A stretch of 64,000 nt of DNA from Hormiphora californensis (taxonomy: Eukaryota; Animalia; Ctenophora), in NCBI GenBank assembly GCA_020137815.1, contig CM035358.1, positions 5,642,001 through 5,706,000 on the forward strand, given 5' to 3'. Shown here piece after piece: positions 44,701 through 58,939 of the stretch; position 1 is the first letter of the stretch; each line of letters begins with the position of its first letter. Under the pieces are notes generated by a model. It made no database searches. It had not been told where the DNA came from and saw only the letters and a list, made by a program, of their open reading frames with translations. Both the position numbers and the translations under genes were made by a program.

Positions 44701-47700
44701 TCCTGTATTCTCGTCCCTTGAAGGTGACCAGGACATATCCCTCGTCAATGGGATCACGTCGCAGGTATCGGGCAGGAATAACTTGGATGGATCCGTCAAT
44801 GTTGACAAAGTAGACGATGGGCACGGACATGGGTTTAACAGAGTCCATGTGGACCCTGTGTTTCCTTCCGTTAATGGTAACCTGAGGGACGGAGGAGGGT
44901 GTTGCAGTTACATCAAACGCCAAAAAGAGCTTAATTCGAACTGGGAATATTACTGTCAGTAGGTAATTGCGATGCTTAACCGCTGCTTCTTTCGCTAGAA
45001 ATTCGAATCAATTGACTGTCAATTTAACAACTTTTCACGCTCTAGTTTTGATATCAAAACGAAAAGTTATCACTGCGATGCTTGGCAGAAACACATAGTA
45101 TGTGATTCTGTCAAGCATCGCGTTGACAACCTTTCAAACATGTTACTTACCTCGATGAATCCGGGTTTGTTGGGATCCATTCGGCACTTTCCAGCTGGCA
45201 CGGTATACTCTTGTCCATTGATGGAGACCCTGTATCCCATAACTGATTTACCTGGAAAGGTGAAGGAGAATTAGTATCGAATGTGTCGCTGGGTATCATG
45301 GCATAGAACTAGAAGTGGGTTCATTTATCACAGTGTTTTATATAAATCGTCATAGGATTTCATTGAAAATCCTAAGGAATCTTCTTTTCTTAGAAAAGGC
45401 AACCAGACAATATTCCTACCAAGGCTCATAATTTCCTGGAAAATTACTCTAATAGCAGTCCAGTTAGGCTTTTAGTAAAATACCATAATATGTACAAAAT
45501 ATCCACATTACTTGGCTGTGCTATTTTAGGAGGAACTTTTAACAGGCTTAATGGGGCAGACCCCCGTCCAGTAGTTGTCTAAGAGTCACAGAGGAGTCTA
45601 AGAGTCATGTATTTTAACATATTAGTGGCATGAATTCCTGGAAAAATGGCTCTCAACAAGTCTCATAGGCCAGTTGTAACTAAATAGACACATTTGCCAT
45701 GCTACGCAGTCTGTCCATTCGGTGTGAGAGCTTTAACTGGATAGACAGGTTACATGATTCAACCACAGACTTATTGAATTGTGTTCGCGTCAATGCCACA
45801 TGGTTACATGATTCTCTTCCCAACCATGATAGACTTTTAACCATGTGTTTTGACACTATAACCATGGTTACATAATTCACCCTAGTCAACCACCCACTAA
45901 CCAGAAGAGGTCTGTCCGGGTTGAATCTTGGCCACCAGGGTCTCGGGCATGCCCATTGGCATGTCAGGATCATCATTCCTAACGAAGATACACTCCTGAG
46001 GTTCATCATCACTGACCATAAGACCCTGATCTTGAGGATCAATGTCGCTATCACCATCTGTCTCGTCTCCTCCCTCAACCCAGAACTCATCCTGGAAGAA
46101 AAATTAGGGTTGTCAAAGAAATGCTCATATATATTTTAGTGGGGTCAAGCCTCTAGGGTTGTCAAAGAAAATGTTTCCTCAGCTTCATCATGTCTATGAT
46201 GTGGTTAATGCAATTGTTGTCTGCCAAGGTGTAAATGGTATAAAAGTGTGAATTCAGTGAATGATTGTGTGAATTCTGAGAATGATTGTGTGAATTCTGA
46301 GAATGATTGTGTGAATTCTGAGAATGATTGTGTGAATTCTGAGAATGATTGTGTGAATTCTGAGAATGGACGTGTGAATTCTGAGAATTATTGTGTGAAT
46401 TCTGAGAATTATTGTGTGAATTATGAGTGTGAACATACATCATCTCCGAAGTCCTCGGTACAATAATCAGGAGCGTAATCAGCGGGGTAGTCTCCAAGGT
46501 ACATGACACCGTGCTTGGGTACCAGGTAACGGAGATCCTTGAATCGGACAATGTAGAATCCAGGTCGCTGTGTAAAGAGGGAAAAGAGTTAGAGCAGGCC
46601 AACCTAACTATCCCTCAATCAATCAATCAACTAGTTAGCACAACTGAGATTGGTAAATGCATTGACCTATGATCGCAAAAGACAAGCTTTCCCTTGTCCG
46701 ACCCCCGAAGTTCGGGTTTTATATGGGTTTTGTGTGACACCTATAAAACATTTAAAAAAACTGACCCTGGGGTGATCCTTGAGGTCCATTCCGGTGATAA
46801 TGAAGGGCAGGCCATCCAGGTTAACGGAGTAGAACCCAACGACATTGGTATCCCCTGCATCTTCAATCTCGTCAGTCTTGACAAAGTAGGTCTTGCCGTA
46901 GTAGTTGATCCTGAAGAGAGAGGGAGTGTCAAAAAAAGATTCTTTATGGTAATTCGATCATCAATAGTGTGTATATTTGGTAGCCCAAAGCCCGTGTTTA
47001 AAGATCGGTCAGAACCACCCTACAGATAAATTGATACCTCTAAATCTCAGGATCTTACTTGGCATAACCCTTGGGGTTGGTGCAGTTTGTGATCTGGTCA
47101 TCAGGCACGGTAACATCGACACCGTTAATCTTGACCCTCTTGACTCTTGTGATCCTCCTCCTCTTGATGATGGTGGTGGTGGTACAGTACTCCTCGGCAT
47201 CCCTGATCACCTCGTCACGGCCAGCAACGCTAGCCTCACTGTCGCTGGTACTGCTGTCAGAACCGTCACCACCACGGCCATCCTGCAGGGATGGATTTGA
47301 TTATATATCATGGATGATACCGCACACATCAATTTAGTAGGCACAACATCAAAATTCATAATGGTCAATTGATTGGATGAGTCAGCCCTTGGCACACGCT
47401 GCAGTCACCTCTTATGTCCCTCACCAGAGGGGCCTACAGCGTGTGTCAAAGTCAGACAACCCCCAATGGTTATAGCAACAGCTATCCCAATTTGTGGTTG
47501 GCATCATGGTTCCCAACTTACATCATCTCCTCCGGGACCATCCATGTCTCGGTCAGGCTCAAGAAGGAACTCTCCGAGGAAGGTTATGTTGGGAGCGGGG
47601 GTGTGGTATTCCATGTCATCGTATCGGACAATGTACATGTTGTCTGCGGGGCTGTTCTGGTCGAACTCAATGTCCATACCTATGTTGGGGAGGGGAGTTG

Positions 47701-50314
47701 TATGATGAACGTGTAGCACGCCGTTACTCGATATATATCAAGGGTTGTCTTGTTCAGCCTACCAAGAGTGTAAAGCTGTTGTCAAAATACCTTACGCCCA
47801 AGGGCACAAGGGTGACTGACTGTGATTCTTGAGAATCAACCCCAAATACATACCGCTAACAACGGCGAGTTTGTTGTCCAGAAGACAGGCGTAGTATCCC
47901 ACAACGGGTGCGTAGAAGGCCTGCTGGACAGTCTGGGGAGTGACGTAGTAGACCAGTTTGTTGTATCTGAACCTTAGGTAACCCCTGTGTTTCACAGAGG
48001 CCTTGATCCTGTGGTGGGGCATGACAATCTGACTGCCATTCAGGATGATCAGATAGCACAGACAGTAGGACACGTCAAAGATCTCCAGTTTGGGTAGATC
48101 GTCAACCCTTCGGCGGGGTTTCTTGGTTTTCAGCCTCAGGTTGCCACCTCCAGTCTGGGAAAGACGGAGTTTGTTCTTCCTGGGCCTGTTGAACAGAATC
48201 TTGTGGTCGTACTTGCCCTCGTGTCCAGACATGGCGTCACCTGAGGGAGGGAGGGGGATATTGAACTCTTGTTACATAACAAGGAGTTAATACGGGGCTG
48301 TTTGGTCAGGGCAAGCTTTCCCGATCCAAATTTGGATCGGGAAAACTCACCTTGATTGCAAAAGACCGTACACGTAATGGTAACGTTTGTAATAGATTAA
48401 CTTGTAATGGAAACAGGGAATTCTTGGAATAACTCCGGAATTCTTGGAATAACTTTGTCAGTTCAAGTAAATGGTTTTTGCGCTCAAAGATTTGCAAAAT
48501 GTCAATGTCATTGCATTCGTCTATAGACATGCAAAATGTCATTTTAGCATTAGGCTTGACACCCATCAAATTGAAATATTTACTAAAATCTATATTCAAT
48601 CTTTAGGTCATTATATACGCCCTTATGATTGAAATAAAGGCCCATCAATAATTTACTAAACCAGGTTATACTATGCCTAAACTTGTCCTGAAATAACCAA
48701 CTTTACTAAACTTGCCCTGAAGTTATCAAGTACCTGCGTGAACAGATGCAGTAGAGACGGTGTAGCTGGCTCCCTGGTAGTTGATATTGTACATGCCGTC
48801 ACCATTACCATCACTAATGTCAGTGAATGGTACTGTCACCATCTTTCCATTGATGATACACCTAGTGCGGGATGATGGTTAGGTAATCGACAGATCATGG
48901 ACCAACAAACAGGGTCTAGCAAGGCAGAGTTAGACAATGCAGTGACACCCAAGGCCAATCTGCTCCAAAAACTCCGTGATAGAAAATCAAAGAATACAAT
49001 GGTACAGCTTCGAGAACCGACTGTTATTATACTATGGTGTTACACTTACTTGTACATGTTCCTAATGGGCTGGACATTCCTGCACCGGACCTTCTGTGTG
49101 GTCCCATTGTAGGAGAACTTGACAAACTTGCCCTTCAGCCTCCCTCCACTGAGCATGCTATTGTAGGAGAGGGTTTGCGATGTTATAGGGGAGGTTTGCG
49201 ATGTTATAGGAATGTATTTTGTTGAGTAAGGGGTACTCAACAAGCTTTATTAGGATTGGGTTACACCAAATAACATAAGTACCAGAATGTATGTAACCGA
49301 TAAGCAGGAATCGACCGAATCAGGAAATACTAGTCCCTGATTGGCTGATAACCAGTCACGTGACCTAAATAACGAGTTCTGATTGGTTGTTTCGGTCGGT
49401 TCCTACCCTGCTGCTTACCTGTATGGGACGGTCACCATCTTTCGTCCCATCTTGACTTTGTAGTAGGGGAAGAAGTTGACAATGGGACCTCCAGTAGATG
49501 ACCTGTTAGACATAGGGGACACTGGCTGGGGGATAATCTCCTGAAAATAGTTGTTGAGTAAGAACAACAAGAAAATAGGGTATTCGTTGGGTAAAAATAT
49601 CGAAAAGGATGTTTTGTTTAGCCTTTAGAGTGGGAAATAAGTTAGTTTACATTTCAAGGTATCATCCTACTATTGGAATTGGCATCACTGTTTTTAGATT
49701 TTAGAACAACTTCTCCATCCATGATTCGATCACTACTTAAATTATTAACTGCGATATACTTACGGGCTCAGGCTCGGAGTCGACCTCAAACTGGTTGTAC
49801 TTGATGTTGTACTTCTTTCCTCCCCTCCTGACACTGTAGTAACCATCCTTTCGGTGTTCAGAGATTTCATCACGGCCAAAACTCTGGATAAATTTAATTC
49901 AGTAGTTATATATTGATTAATATGGGCAAAATTGAAAGGAAGTGACTAATAAATTTGATCTGCCGATGCCCCGGACGTTTTGAAACGAGTTTGATCAGAA
50001 CGAGGCTACGGCATCATACCACCATGCAGGCTTGATCAGTTGATCTTTAGAGTATAATCTGTTACAACTAAGGGTCACCCCACACCAAAGCTAAAATTGC
50101 GGGTTTAAAATCAAAATTTTAATTTTAAGTTTGGTGTGTGGTGACTCTAACCTGCTCCAAAAGCACCAGCCGCTCTAACCAACCAACCAACCAACCAACT
50201 AACCTGCCATTCGTCTCCGATCATGACCTTGACAAGTCCCCGTCGGGAGAAGGCGAGACCTCCACCACCACCACCACTATGTCTCATCTCGTACTGCCTT
50301 GCTCCTCCGTGCAT
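41757..50314 (-). CDS. uncharacterised multi-exon protein with nine ~45-aa beta-rich repeats and a Gly/Gln/Met/His-rich tail
   Basis: Phase-compatible exons 50314-50204, 49883-49764, 49540-49419, 49157-49050, 48861-48734, 48240-47854, 47679-47522, 47282-47059, 46910-46766, 46567-46439, 46091-45902, 45251-45151, 44881-44497, 44386-44031, 43766-43695, 43491-43126 (stop), plus a further phase-0 terminal exon 42215-41757; all GT-AG with no internal stops. Confidence 0.85.
42327..42427. repeat. ~100-bp near-perfect spacerless palindrome
   Basis: Centre ACAATTGT at 42373-42380; arms differ by one substitution and one indel. Confidence 0.9.
46248..46430. repeat. 21-bp intronic minisatellite (~8 copies)
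   Basis: Unit GTGAATTCTGAGAATGATTGT, beginning ~10 nt from the donor at 46438. Confidence 0.9.
49305..49405 (-). mobile_element. family-A MITE (copy 3)
   Basis: Reverse complement of the 813-921 element with both TIRs. Confidence 0.85.
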
Positions 50315-50325
50315 GATAGCACCAG

Positions 50326-50620
50326 TGAGACCCTGAGACCTGGAGAAGATATAGTGATGAGACCTGGAGAAGAGTGAGACCCTGAGACCTGGAGAAGATA
50401 TAGTGATGAGACCTGGAGAAGAGATGATATAGATATGAGACCCTGAGACATTGAGAAGATATATAGTGATGAGACCTGGAGAAGAGATGATATATAGATA
50501 TGAGACCCTGAGACATTGAGAAGATATATAGTGATGAGACCTGGAGAAGAGATGATATAGATATGAGACCCTGAGACATTGAGAAGATATCGTGATGAGA
50601 CATTGAGACATTGAGAAGAG
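50326..50620 (-). repeat. composite tandem repeat containing the acceptor of the first coding exon
   Basis: CTTCTCCAG|GTCTC and exon-derived GTCTCAGGGTCTCA each recur about five times on the - strand. Confidence 0.85.
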
Positions 50621-53415
50621 ATAATAGTTATGCGATACTTTGATCTGTTCGGGGAGACAAACTATTCAAGCGATACTGGGATCTGTTGAGACAGTACAAA
50701 CAGTCTAACTCCAAGAGATATACTGGGATTGGGAGAGAGAAGCTGGACATATAACGAGCTTGATCTTGATCTCCAAGAGAAGCTGTTTAACTTCTGCCAG
50801 TTGAGTCAAACATTCTGATCTTGGAATTTGGATCTCAGTAGAAGAAGCTGAAGAGCTTCAGTAATGGGCTTTAGTTTTGTTATCAGCTATTCAGATGACC
50901 GTTTCTACTCCCAGCTACCCCACCCAACCTCCTAACTAGCAGTTAGTCTGATCTAAGATTGAAGATTGAGAGAATAACAAGCATGCTAGTAGAATGCATT
51001 ACTACCAGTACCCGGCCAACCCCCTAACTACATAGTAGTTATTCTGATAATTTTAACGAGTAGTCGTGGGAGAACTGCCATAGCATTCATATGGCGGGTG
51101 GTAGAATTCTACAACCCGCCAATTCTATAGAATAAGTTATTCGATAACGCGCCGAATCTTTGTGGAGAATGGTAATAGAGTGCTAGAGTGCTATACCACA
51201 ATTTAACTAAACTACCCCTCCTTGGCCTTGTACCACTAAACTACCCCTCCTTGGCCTTGTACCACTAAACTTGCTTCGCCATCACGAATACCTAGGTAAA
51301 ATATAGGTTTACTAAGCCTGAGCAATGACGTAGCAATGGATATACGGTTAAATGCTGTCTGGTATGTCGCCGACCCCATTTTGATTATCAGATCGGGATC
51401 ACGATGCTAGTACCAGACAGTATACAATAACATATCTAATACCTGAAACATGCCTCAAGCATACCAAACATTATTTATCAAATAGATCTAATGTACCTGA
51501 AAGATCCAGATTTATACAGATCTAATGTACCTGAAAGATCCCGAGGTATCCTCTTCGGAGTTGTACAAGGCAGTTGCCACGGCAGCGTGCCCTCGGCCCT
51601 GACCAGGCATGGTCTGAGCTTGGCGTCCGCCTTTGCGTCCACCCTTCATTATCTAACACAGGGAACGAATGTTATAACAGGGTTCTAACGGGATCTAACA
51701 GGGACCTGTGACCAGGTTATAACAGGGTTCTAACAGGGAACCAGGGTTATTTTGTGTAAATAATCAGAGACTAGAGAGGGATATTTTGTTATCGTGTAGA
51801 TGAAAGCTTGACTGAGACTCTTGACTTGAGTCTCGAAGTCTTTGGAAGCAACTTCTAAAATTCTTTAGAAGCAACATCTAGGGTTTGTTATTGCTTGTAG
51901 ATGAATGAAACTTGAGTTCAGTTATAGGATCTAGAACTTCTAAAAGTCTTTGGAAGCAACAATTAAGGGAGATGCAACAAGTATTATAGAAAAGATGATA
52001 GGGCAACCTTGGAGGATTAGTAGAACTGGTTACATGGGAAGCAGGCCCTATTTATCACATGTCACCAACCACAACCTTCCCTACCCACTGGAAGATCACC
52101 TCTTTATTAACAATGAAACCACAAGACTGTTTCAGATCTTTTTCAAAAGACCTGTCCTTATAGTATGACCGGATCAGACAATGCAAGATGTACGAGCTAT
52201 ACTATCGGGAGAAGCAAAAGCAGAACGAGGGGAGATCGGAGAGGTGAAAGTTCAGAACTCATATAACGGTAATAATAATGCACAACCCTGAAGAATACCG
52301 CAATCTTGCCACCCCCTTGTAGATTTGATCACGCCACCATTAATAGCACTATATCACAGCCACAGCAGAGATAGATAAAATGATAGAGAGATAGAAAGAT
52401 AGATATACAGGGACAGAGAGAGAGAGAGAGAGAGATGGTGTGAGTCTACAAGTGTGAACATAGTATGTCACCAAGACAGGGGGAATTTAGGGGCACTCAC
52501 ACTATAATTTGCTTCATATACCCTTCAGTGGTGAGCATGTGAGGAGAGAGATCTCGAGGGGGTGTAATTATGATCGTGATTATTTAACAAGAGATATGAT
52601 GAAGATGAAGAGTAGATACAAGTCAGGACCGGGGCAAATGGTAAGCGAACTTTAGGCCGGAAACGAGTGTTTGCTGAGCCTCTATACTCGTTTAGAAGTG
52701 TTAGGGCTGATATTTGGGTTCGAGGTTAGGGGTTAGTGTAAAGGTTAGGGTTAGATATAGAGTCCTCTTTGGGTTTAGGTACAGAGTCCGTTAGCACTAG
52801 AGTCCGCCTACCGGGGCAAATATAGTGAATTGACCGACTGTGATAAATTATACCACCGATTTGCCCATGTATTCATATAAATAAAGTGCACTTGTTCATA
52901 ATACTTCCCCCAGACAGTCTGGACAAGTAAACTGCGTCTAACCACTTATCCGGTCTTGTCAAATGGTTAATTCATTTAGTACCACCAAAAGAGTCATGTC
53001 ATTCCTGGAATGCTCTGTCAGAGCATTGGCCTGACCCATTCTCGCGAGAACTGTGGTCAGAGCATTGGCCTGACAGGGAATGCTCGAATTCATTTAAAAC
53101 GAGGGAATCATCATTCCTGGAATACTTTGTTGAGTAAACAAGGAATACCTCAATTCATTGTGTTTATTGCACGAGTCACAGATCATTTCCCCTTCTATAG
53201 GCTGAACCCCCCCCCCCCCAACCCTTCCTCCGTTTTATGCCGAGGCTATTCCATTCATCAGTATTATAGGTTTCCAGTTCTTGATCATTGATTTTATCTT
53301 CCCTACTGCAGCAGTGTACCTTCCCCTACCATGACCAAACTCTTTTTGCAGATAAAGGCAAAGCTAGGATTCAATCCACATCGTGTGTAATCAGATTTGA
53401 GGAACGAAAGACGAG

Positions 53416-53508
<93 letters not shown>

Positions 53509-56500
53509 TGCATCTTTGAGAAGGGATTTCTTGTTAACTCCAGGTACGACAACTCCCAACTTCCCTGTATGTTCATTGTTCCCCTGATCGGACTGATTCA
53601 AATTCTAAACACAGCAGCCTCCTGGACCTCTTCCAGATTTTAATTTTTCAATTTTCAAAATGGAGAGAGATTTTTTAATCTTTCCATTTTGTCCTGTTGA
53701 AGCTCCCTCACCTTTTATAGAAATGCTATAAATTTTAATAAACAAAATTGAAAGTAGAATTCGAAACGGCCGGTCCTTTTTATTTGTTCTATCATTTGTC
53801 AAAAAGGATGCCGTAAAGTGAATCACCCCGATTAGAATTGTAATTTTACTGAGCAAAACCACGTCTTCCGGGCCGTACACCCCGGCCCCCATAGAATAGG
53901 CTTTCACATGCTACTAAACCGGTTTGACGAGAAAATTAATTTCTAGGTTTTTATCCAGACAATGAATAGGTGCAGAAGACCTAAATTATTAATTAATTTA
54001 ATTATTAATATATTTGCAACGACTGCGACCGCCTTCCACACCTATGATTATATGCTGGATATCTATAAGAGCCGCAATATATATTAAACATTTAATCCCA
54101 CACCTGACCATACAGCTGTAACGCACCGGCCTTTAGTTTCTTGACTGTTCACCGTGACGCTGGATATCAGAAATTATAAATTATTCAGATTCTAAATTAT
54201 TCATATTTCCTTGTAATCGTGATCCTTTCCCGTGTAGATCAATACTGTATTGATTCAAGTTGATGATTCTTCTAATCCTACCATGACTCTCTATCATCAG
54301 CTACAAACACAAGTGAGTTTATGTCACATATTTCACTGCGCTGGTAAGCGCACTATAAGTTGGTACAATGTAACTTACGGTATTTGACCCCGATATACCG
54401 GGCAAAACCCTTCCTGGTAAATCGGGGTCGACTGTATAACATGACTATTATTGACATAATTGTATGCATTTGTCGAGGTCTGACGGCCCCCTTTTGATCC
54501 TGAAAAGTGCGATCATATCCCCCACGACACATTAATTAATATGCTTGATAATGATATGGTGATTACATCTGTTTTATTTCACGTGTAAGCACGGCAAGGG
54601 ACACAGATGTAAATTGGATATCAATGCTGTGACCGCCGTCAAATAACAAAATTAGAACGGTAAAACGTTGGGGTTTCAGTTGGGGAGTCAAAAATATTCA
54701 GATCCGCTCTGAAATCAGGAAAGAATTCCAAATACTCTTCACGATCATTTCCTATCATATTCGACATACATGTTAGGGGTCATTCAATTTTACAAAAGAC
54801 GTCCGCACGTCACTTTTTTACCCCTTCCGGCCCTGAGATATAACGGGGGAGCTATTAAATTAGTTCCATAAAGGCATAAAAGTCTAAAAATGCGGACTGT
54901 CTGATCACGTCCGACCCCTGCCCTGGCCCCTGTCTTCGGCTATCTGACTTTTGAGTCAGGAAATACGGTGGTAAGATAACTAGGAGTTTTTATATGGCGC
55001 CAAACTGCTACATCTAATTTAGTCCTATGATCGTCTTCGTAGAATTCGTATCCAGCAGAAGATCATAATATCTCTCCCTACTCCACTCCATGCTCCAAGT
55101 TGGAGTCCAATTCCACAGGGCGGGTCGAGATCGGTGGCAAATTAAAATCTAATTTTCCTCCCGGTTACTGTTACTTCAGCTCGAACTTCATTTTATTATC
55201 CAGTCTTTTAATTTGGAGGTCCTACTGCAGATGAGAGTGAGTTCAAATTCTTAGAAAAAGCACAATCGTTAGTACGACTGTCAATTGTGCTTAGGCCTTA
55301 GAGTTAGCCTGATTAATCTGTTGACAGGTGACTCACTTTCTAGCAAAAAAACGTGCTCCCAGTTAGCATTATAAGGTGGCGTTGTTATAGACTCGACTGC
55401 TTCACCTGTTGCTCTGTCTCTTTTGTTGTTTGGTAAATTTGGGAGAGGATGTAAATTTATTAATCGTTCATGTGTCGCCACCTAGAGTGTATATTACACT
55501 CGACATCCTCTATCGTCACCCGATAGTTGTCGAGTTCACTAGTATATCGTAGTTGAGTCTGTGTTTTGGAATGTAGGTTGTTCTGACATAACCAGGTTTA
55601 ATTTTTTTAGTCGTGTGATTCTCATATATTTCTATCCTTGGCCATGATCTCTATATCTTTCTTTCTTGATTCTCTATATCATTCTATCTCAGTTCTCTAC
55701 CCATTATCACTGATCTCATTGCTTCTAATGCGACACTCATTACCGCTACTAAAAAAGAGCCGCCTACTGTCATAAGTGACCGTGAATGTTTTTCTGTTGA
55801 ACGATCAGAACTACTCGAATCCCCTTGAAAACTACATAGTTGAAAAAAATCTGGTCAGGCCAATGCTCTGACAGAAAACTATTGAATGAAGGTGAAGCCT
55901 GGGATCATAACTAACGACATGGATAACTTTAACAAGGTGAAGAACTGATATTTTTCAAACAACATTAGAACACAGTATCGTTACGTCATGTTATTGTATA
56001 GAGACTCATGACAGATTATTATATAGTTCTACAGCACTGGTGTCTTGGTATAACTGAATTTGATCCTCTAAATAATAAATTGGATTCCATGCCCTGTTTG
56101 AAATTGGATTCCATTTATAGATAATATAATCTAGTTATTGATAAGATAATCCGGCCTCTGGATGATCGAAGAGGTTGATATTAATATCAACCTCTTATTA
56201 CACTCCGGAAGCTCTAGATTAACATGTTTCAATAATTCGTAACGGCCCGTTCGGTAAAATGATAGAGCTGTGCATCTAATTGGTACTACCAATGGTAGAG
56301 CGTCGTCCTTTCTACAAGCGGGTAATGCATTACCCATTATTATAATGGCGGGCACATGTAGGACGTAGGTAAAATTTTAATAGCAAGCTTTTCACTTATG
56401 ATGAACACCCGATGATATCATTGGACGTGTTCAGTATAGTATAAGTGAAAAGATTAATGGGAGGAATAGCTCCATGGTCTGAAGACAGATGGACTGCACT

Positions 56501-56923
56501 GTCACGTGGACAATTTCGGGTGAGAGGGGGGCATATATCTTATCATACATCACATATAACTTGAGGGATCTGACAACGGTGGAACTGCAGCAGCTCCTTC
56601 ATTGCTTCCTTCATAATTGCTCCTTCGTTGCTCCTTCAATTTCATAATTGCTCCTTCATTATGAAGTTCATAATTGCTTCATCTGTCTATTTCATACCCT
56701 CTCCCTGGCTTGTTACCCATAAATGCATCTCTTACTAATAGTAATTATCATTCTGCCCAATATGCGGCATCCTTCCCCAGCTATCTTTCTATCTTTTATA
56801 TTCTCGATTATCCCCATCTCACCTGCGCACACGTGGAAAACTAACTGCTGGTCACCAGGGTGACACACGACGCTTTCCACGTGCAACGACCTCTCTATCT
56901 CTCTTTCTCTCTCTTTCTCTCTC

Positions 56924-57009
<86 letters not shown>

Positions 57010-57723
57010 CCTCTCTCTCTCCCATTATCAAGTGTAAGACTCTATACCGCTACAATATTCTCTCAACTCCCGCACAGCTGTGACCGCCCCATCCTGGCAC
57101 CCTATTATAATTTATCATCTGGTAATTAAGAGGATCTATCTGTAATGAGCTCAAAATACAGTTCCTTCAAGGTACCGACCCTAGTGTTGCTATATTAGTA
57201 CAATTAGCTATCTGAGAGCTGTGTTGCTGGTTGTCCCATGTCGCTCGTGTCAGTTTCGGAGGTGCCGCTTATCACCGAAGATCCAGCAGACACTACACCA
57301 GTGGATCGCCCTGTTGGATATGCATCTAACTGCCGCTGTTACAGTGACTGTCCTATTCATGTGTGTATGAAGACCAACATACCATATAGTGTTTATTGGG
57401 CCACGCGGTAGAAAGGGGTCATGGGTCAATATCGTTATCTGATCTGAATGTGTCCACTTGTTTTCCGTCCGGGATCTGACATGACATCCCCGAACTATAT
57501 CATTGTCCAATTGGAACATCAAACATTACATATACCATTACCTAGTATCTAGAATCCAGATTCTAGATTCTAGATTCTAGATTCTAGATTCTAGATTCTA
57601 GATTCTAGATGATAGGGGTAATACACACTCCACATGAGCTATAGTCCTAACCACACTACTATAGTAGACAATTAGTATACTAATTGTCTACTACTAATAC
57701 AGTAATAGTCTTTATTACCCCAG

Positions 57724-58919
57724 GAGAGTACAGATCAGGGAGGTGATAACGTCACTGTGAGAACATCAGCCGCCCTTGTTAGACACACCTCTCAACTAGC
57801 CAAGGAAAACCTCTGCAGGTATGCCCACCTTTGTATCACCCACTTTTATATTACCCACCTCTGCAGGTACCCACCTTTGTATTACCCACCTCTGCAGGTA
57901 ACCACCTTTGTATTACCCACCTCTGCAGGTACCCACCTGTGTATTACCCACCTCTGCAGGTACCCACCTTTGTATCACCCACCTCTGCAGGTACCCACCT
58001 TTGTATCACCCACCTCTGCAGGTACCCACCTTTGTTTTGTGAGAGAAACCCTTGGTTACGAAGTTATCCCTTGCCAGCGCGAGCGAAGGTCGCCCGGTGA
58101 CCTAGACAGAGTGTGAGATGTCTTCGATACCAAGAGAAACCCCTATAGCCAGGAATAGAGAGATACGAGGAAGAGACAGAGTGATAAAGATGAGGAGAGA
58201 GAGAGACTTGTTCGTAATTTTAAGATTGGACATCTTACCCAGTCAATCTATTCTGATTCCTGTTCTAATTCCTTGTTTTTCAGGGAAGACAGTGCAGTAG
58301 CGAACCCTCGTGACTATGAAGTTAGCCAAGTTAAATTGAAACGAAATCTGACCCTGGTTGGTGGGGTATCACTAGTAATTGGTGCTATAATTGGGTCTGG
58401 TTTGTTCATGTTGCCCAACCTGATATTCATCTACACTGGGGGATCCCCCCTTCTCTCTCTATCGGTCTGGTTGGTGGGTGGCCTCATCGCTTTCTGTGGG
58501 TCTATCTGTTACGCTGAACTTGCCACCTCTATCACTGTCTCAGGTATATTTGACCATTTGATTTCACCAATAGCAGTTAATTTATAGCCCTCCCCCCCCC
58601 TCACCCCTGTATATTACTTGGATGATCAGCGGTTTCATAATCGAATAGATCTTGGATAATCATTCCTGGATGACACAGACCTATCCGAAAAATTTCAATG
58701 TCCCAAAGCTAAGGGTTTGAACAAAACACCCCTCCTTCCGACTCCACAGCTGATCACTAAAGTCACAATTACAGGTGGAGAACAGGCCTATCTGACCAAG
58801 ATGTACGGTCCACTGATGGGATTCCTCTTTGTGTGGACCAACACTTTGGTCCTAAACCCCGGTGGTTTGGCTGCCATCTCACTGTATTGTGCGGAGTTCA
58901 TTGTCGTCAACATTCAACA
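57724..58919 (+). CDS. SLC7/LAT-type (APC superfamily) amino-acid transporter, 5' exons (partial)
   Basis: Exons 57724-57818, 58284-58543, 58775-58919 join in frame: LKRNLTLVGGVSLVIGAIIGSGLFMLP...SLSVWLVGGLIAFCGSICYAELATSITVSGGEQAYLTKMYGPLMGFLFVW. Candidate phase-0 ATG exons at 52596-52640 or 57145-57171 (uncertain); the rest must lie beyond the satellite. Confidence 0.9.
57809..58035 (+). repeat. 31-bp tandem repeat containing the SLC7 exon donor site
   Basis: ACCTCTGCAG|GTA at the true donor (57819) and six more times with a 31-bp period. Confidence 0.9.
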
Positions 58920-58939
58920 GTACGTGCAGTGTTACCAAT

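Noticed and set aside
52724-52755. TTAGGG-like telomeric seeds
   Set aside because: Only two or three imperfect units.
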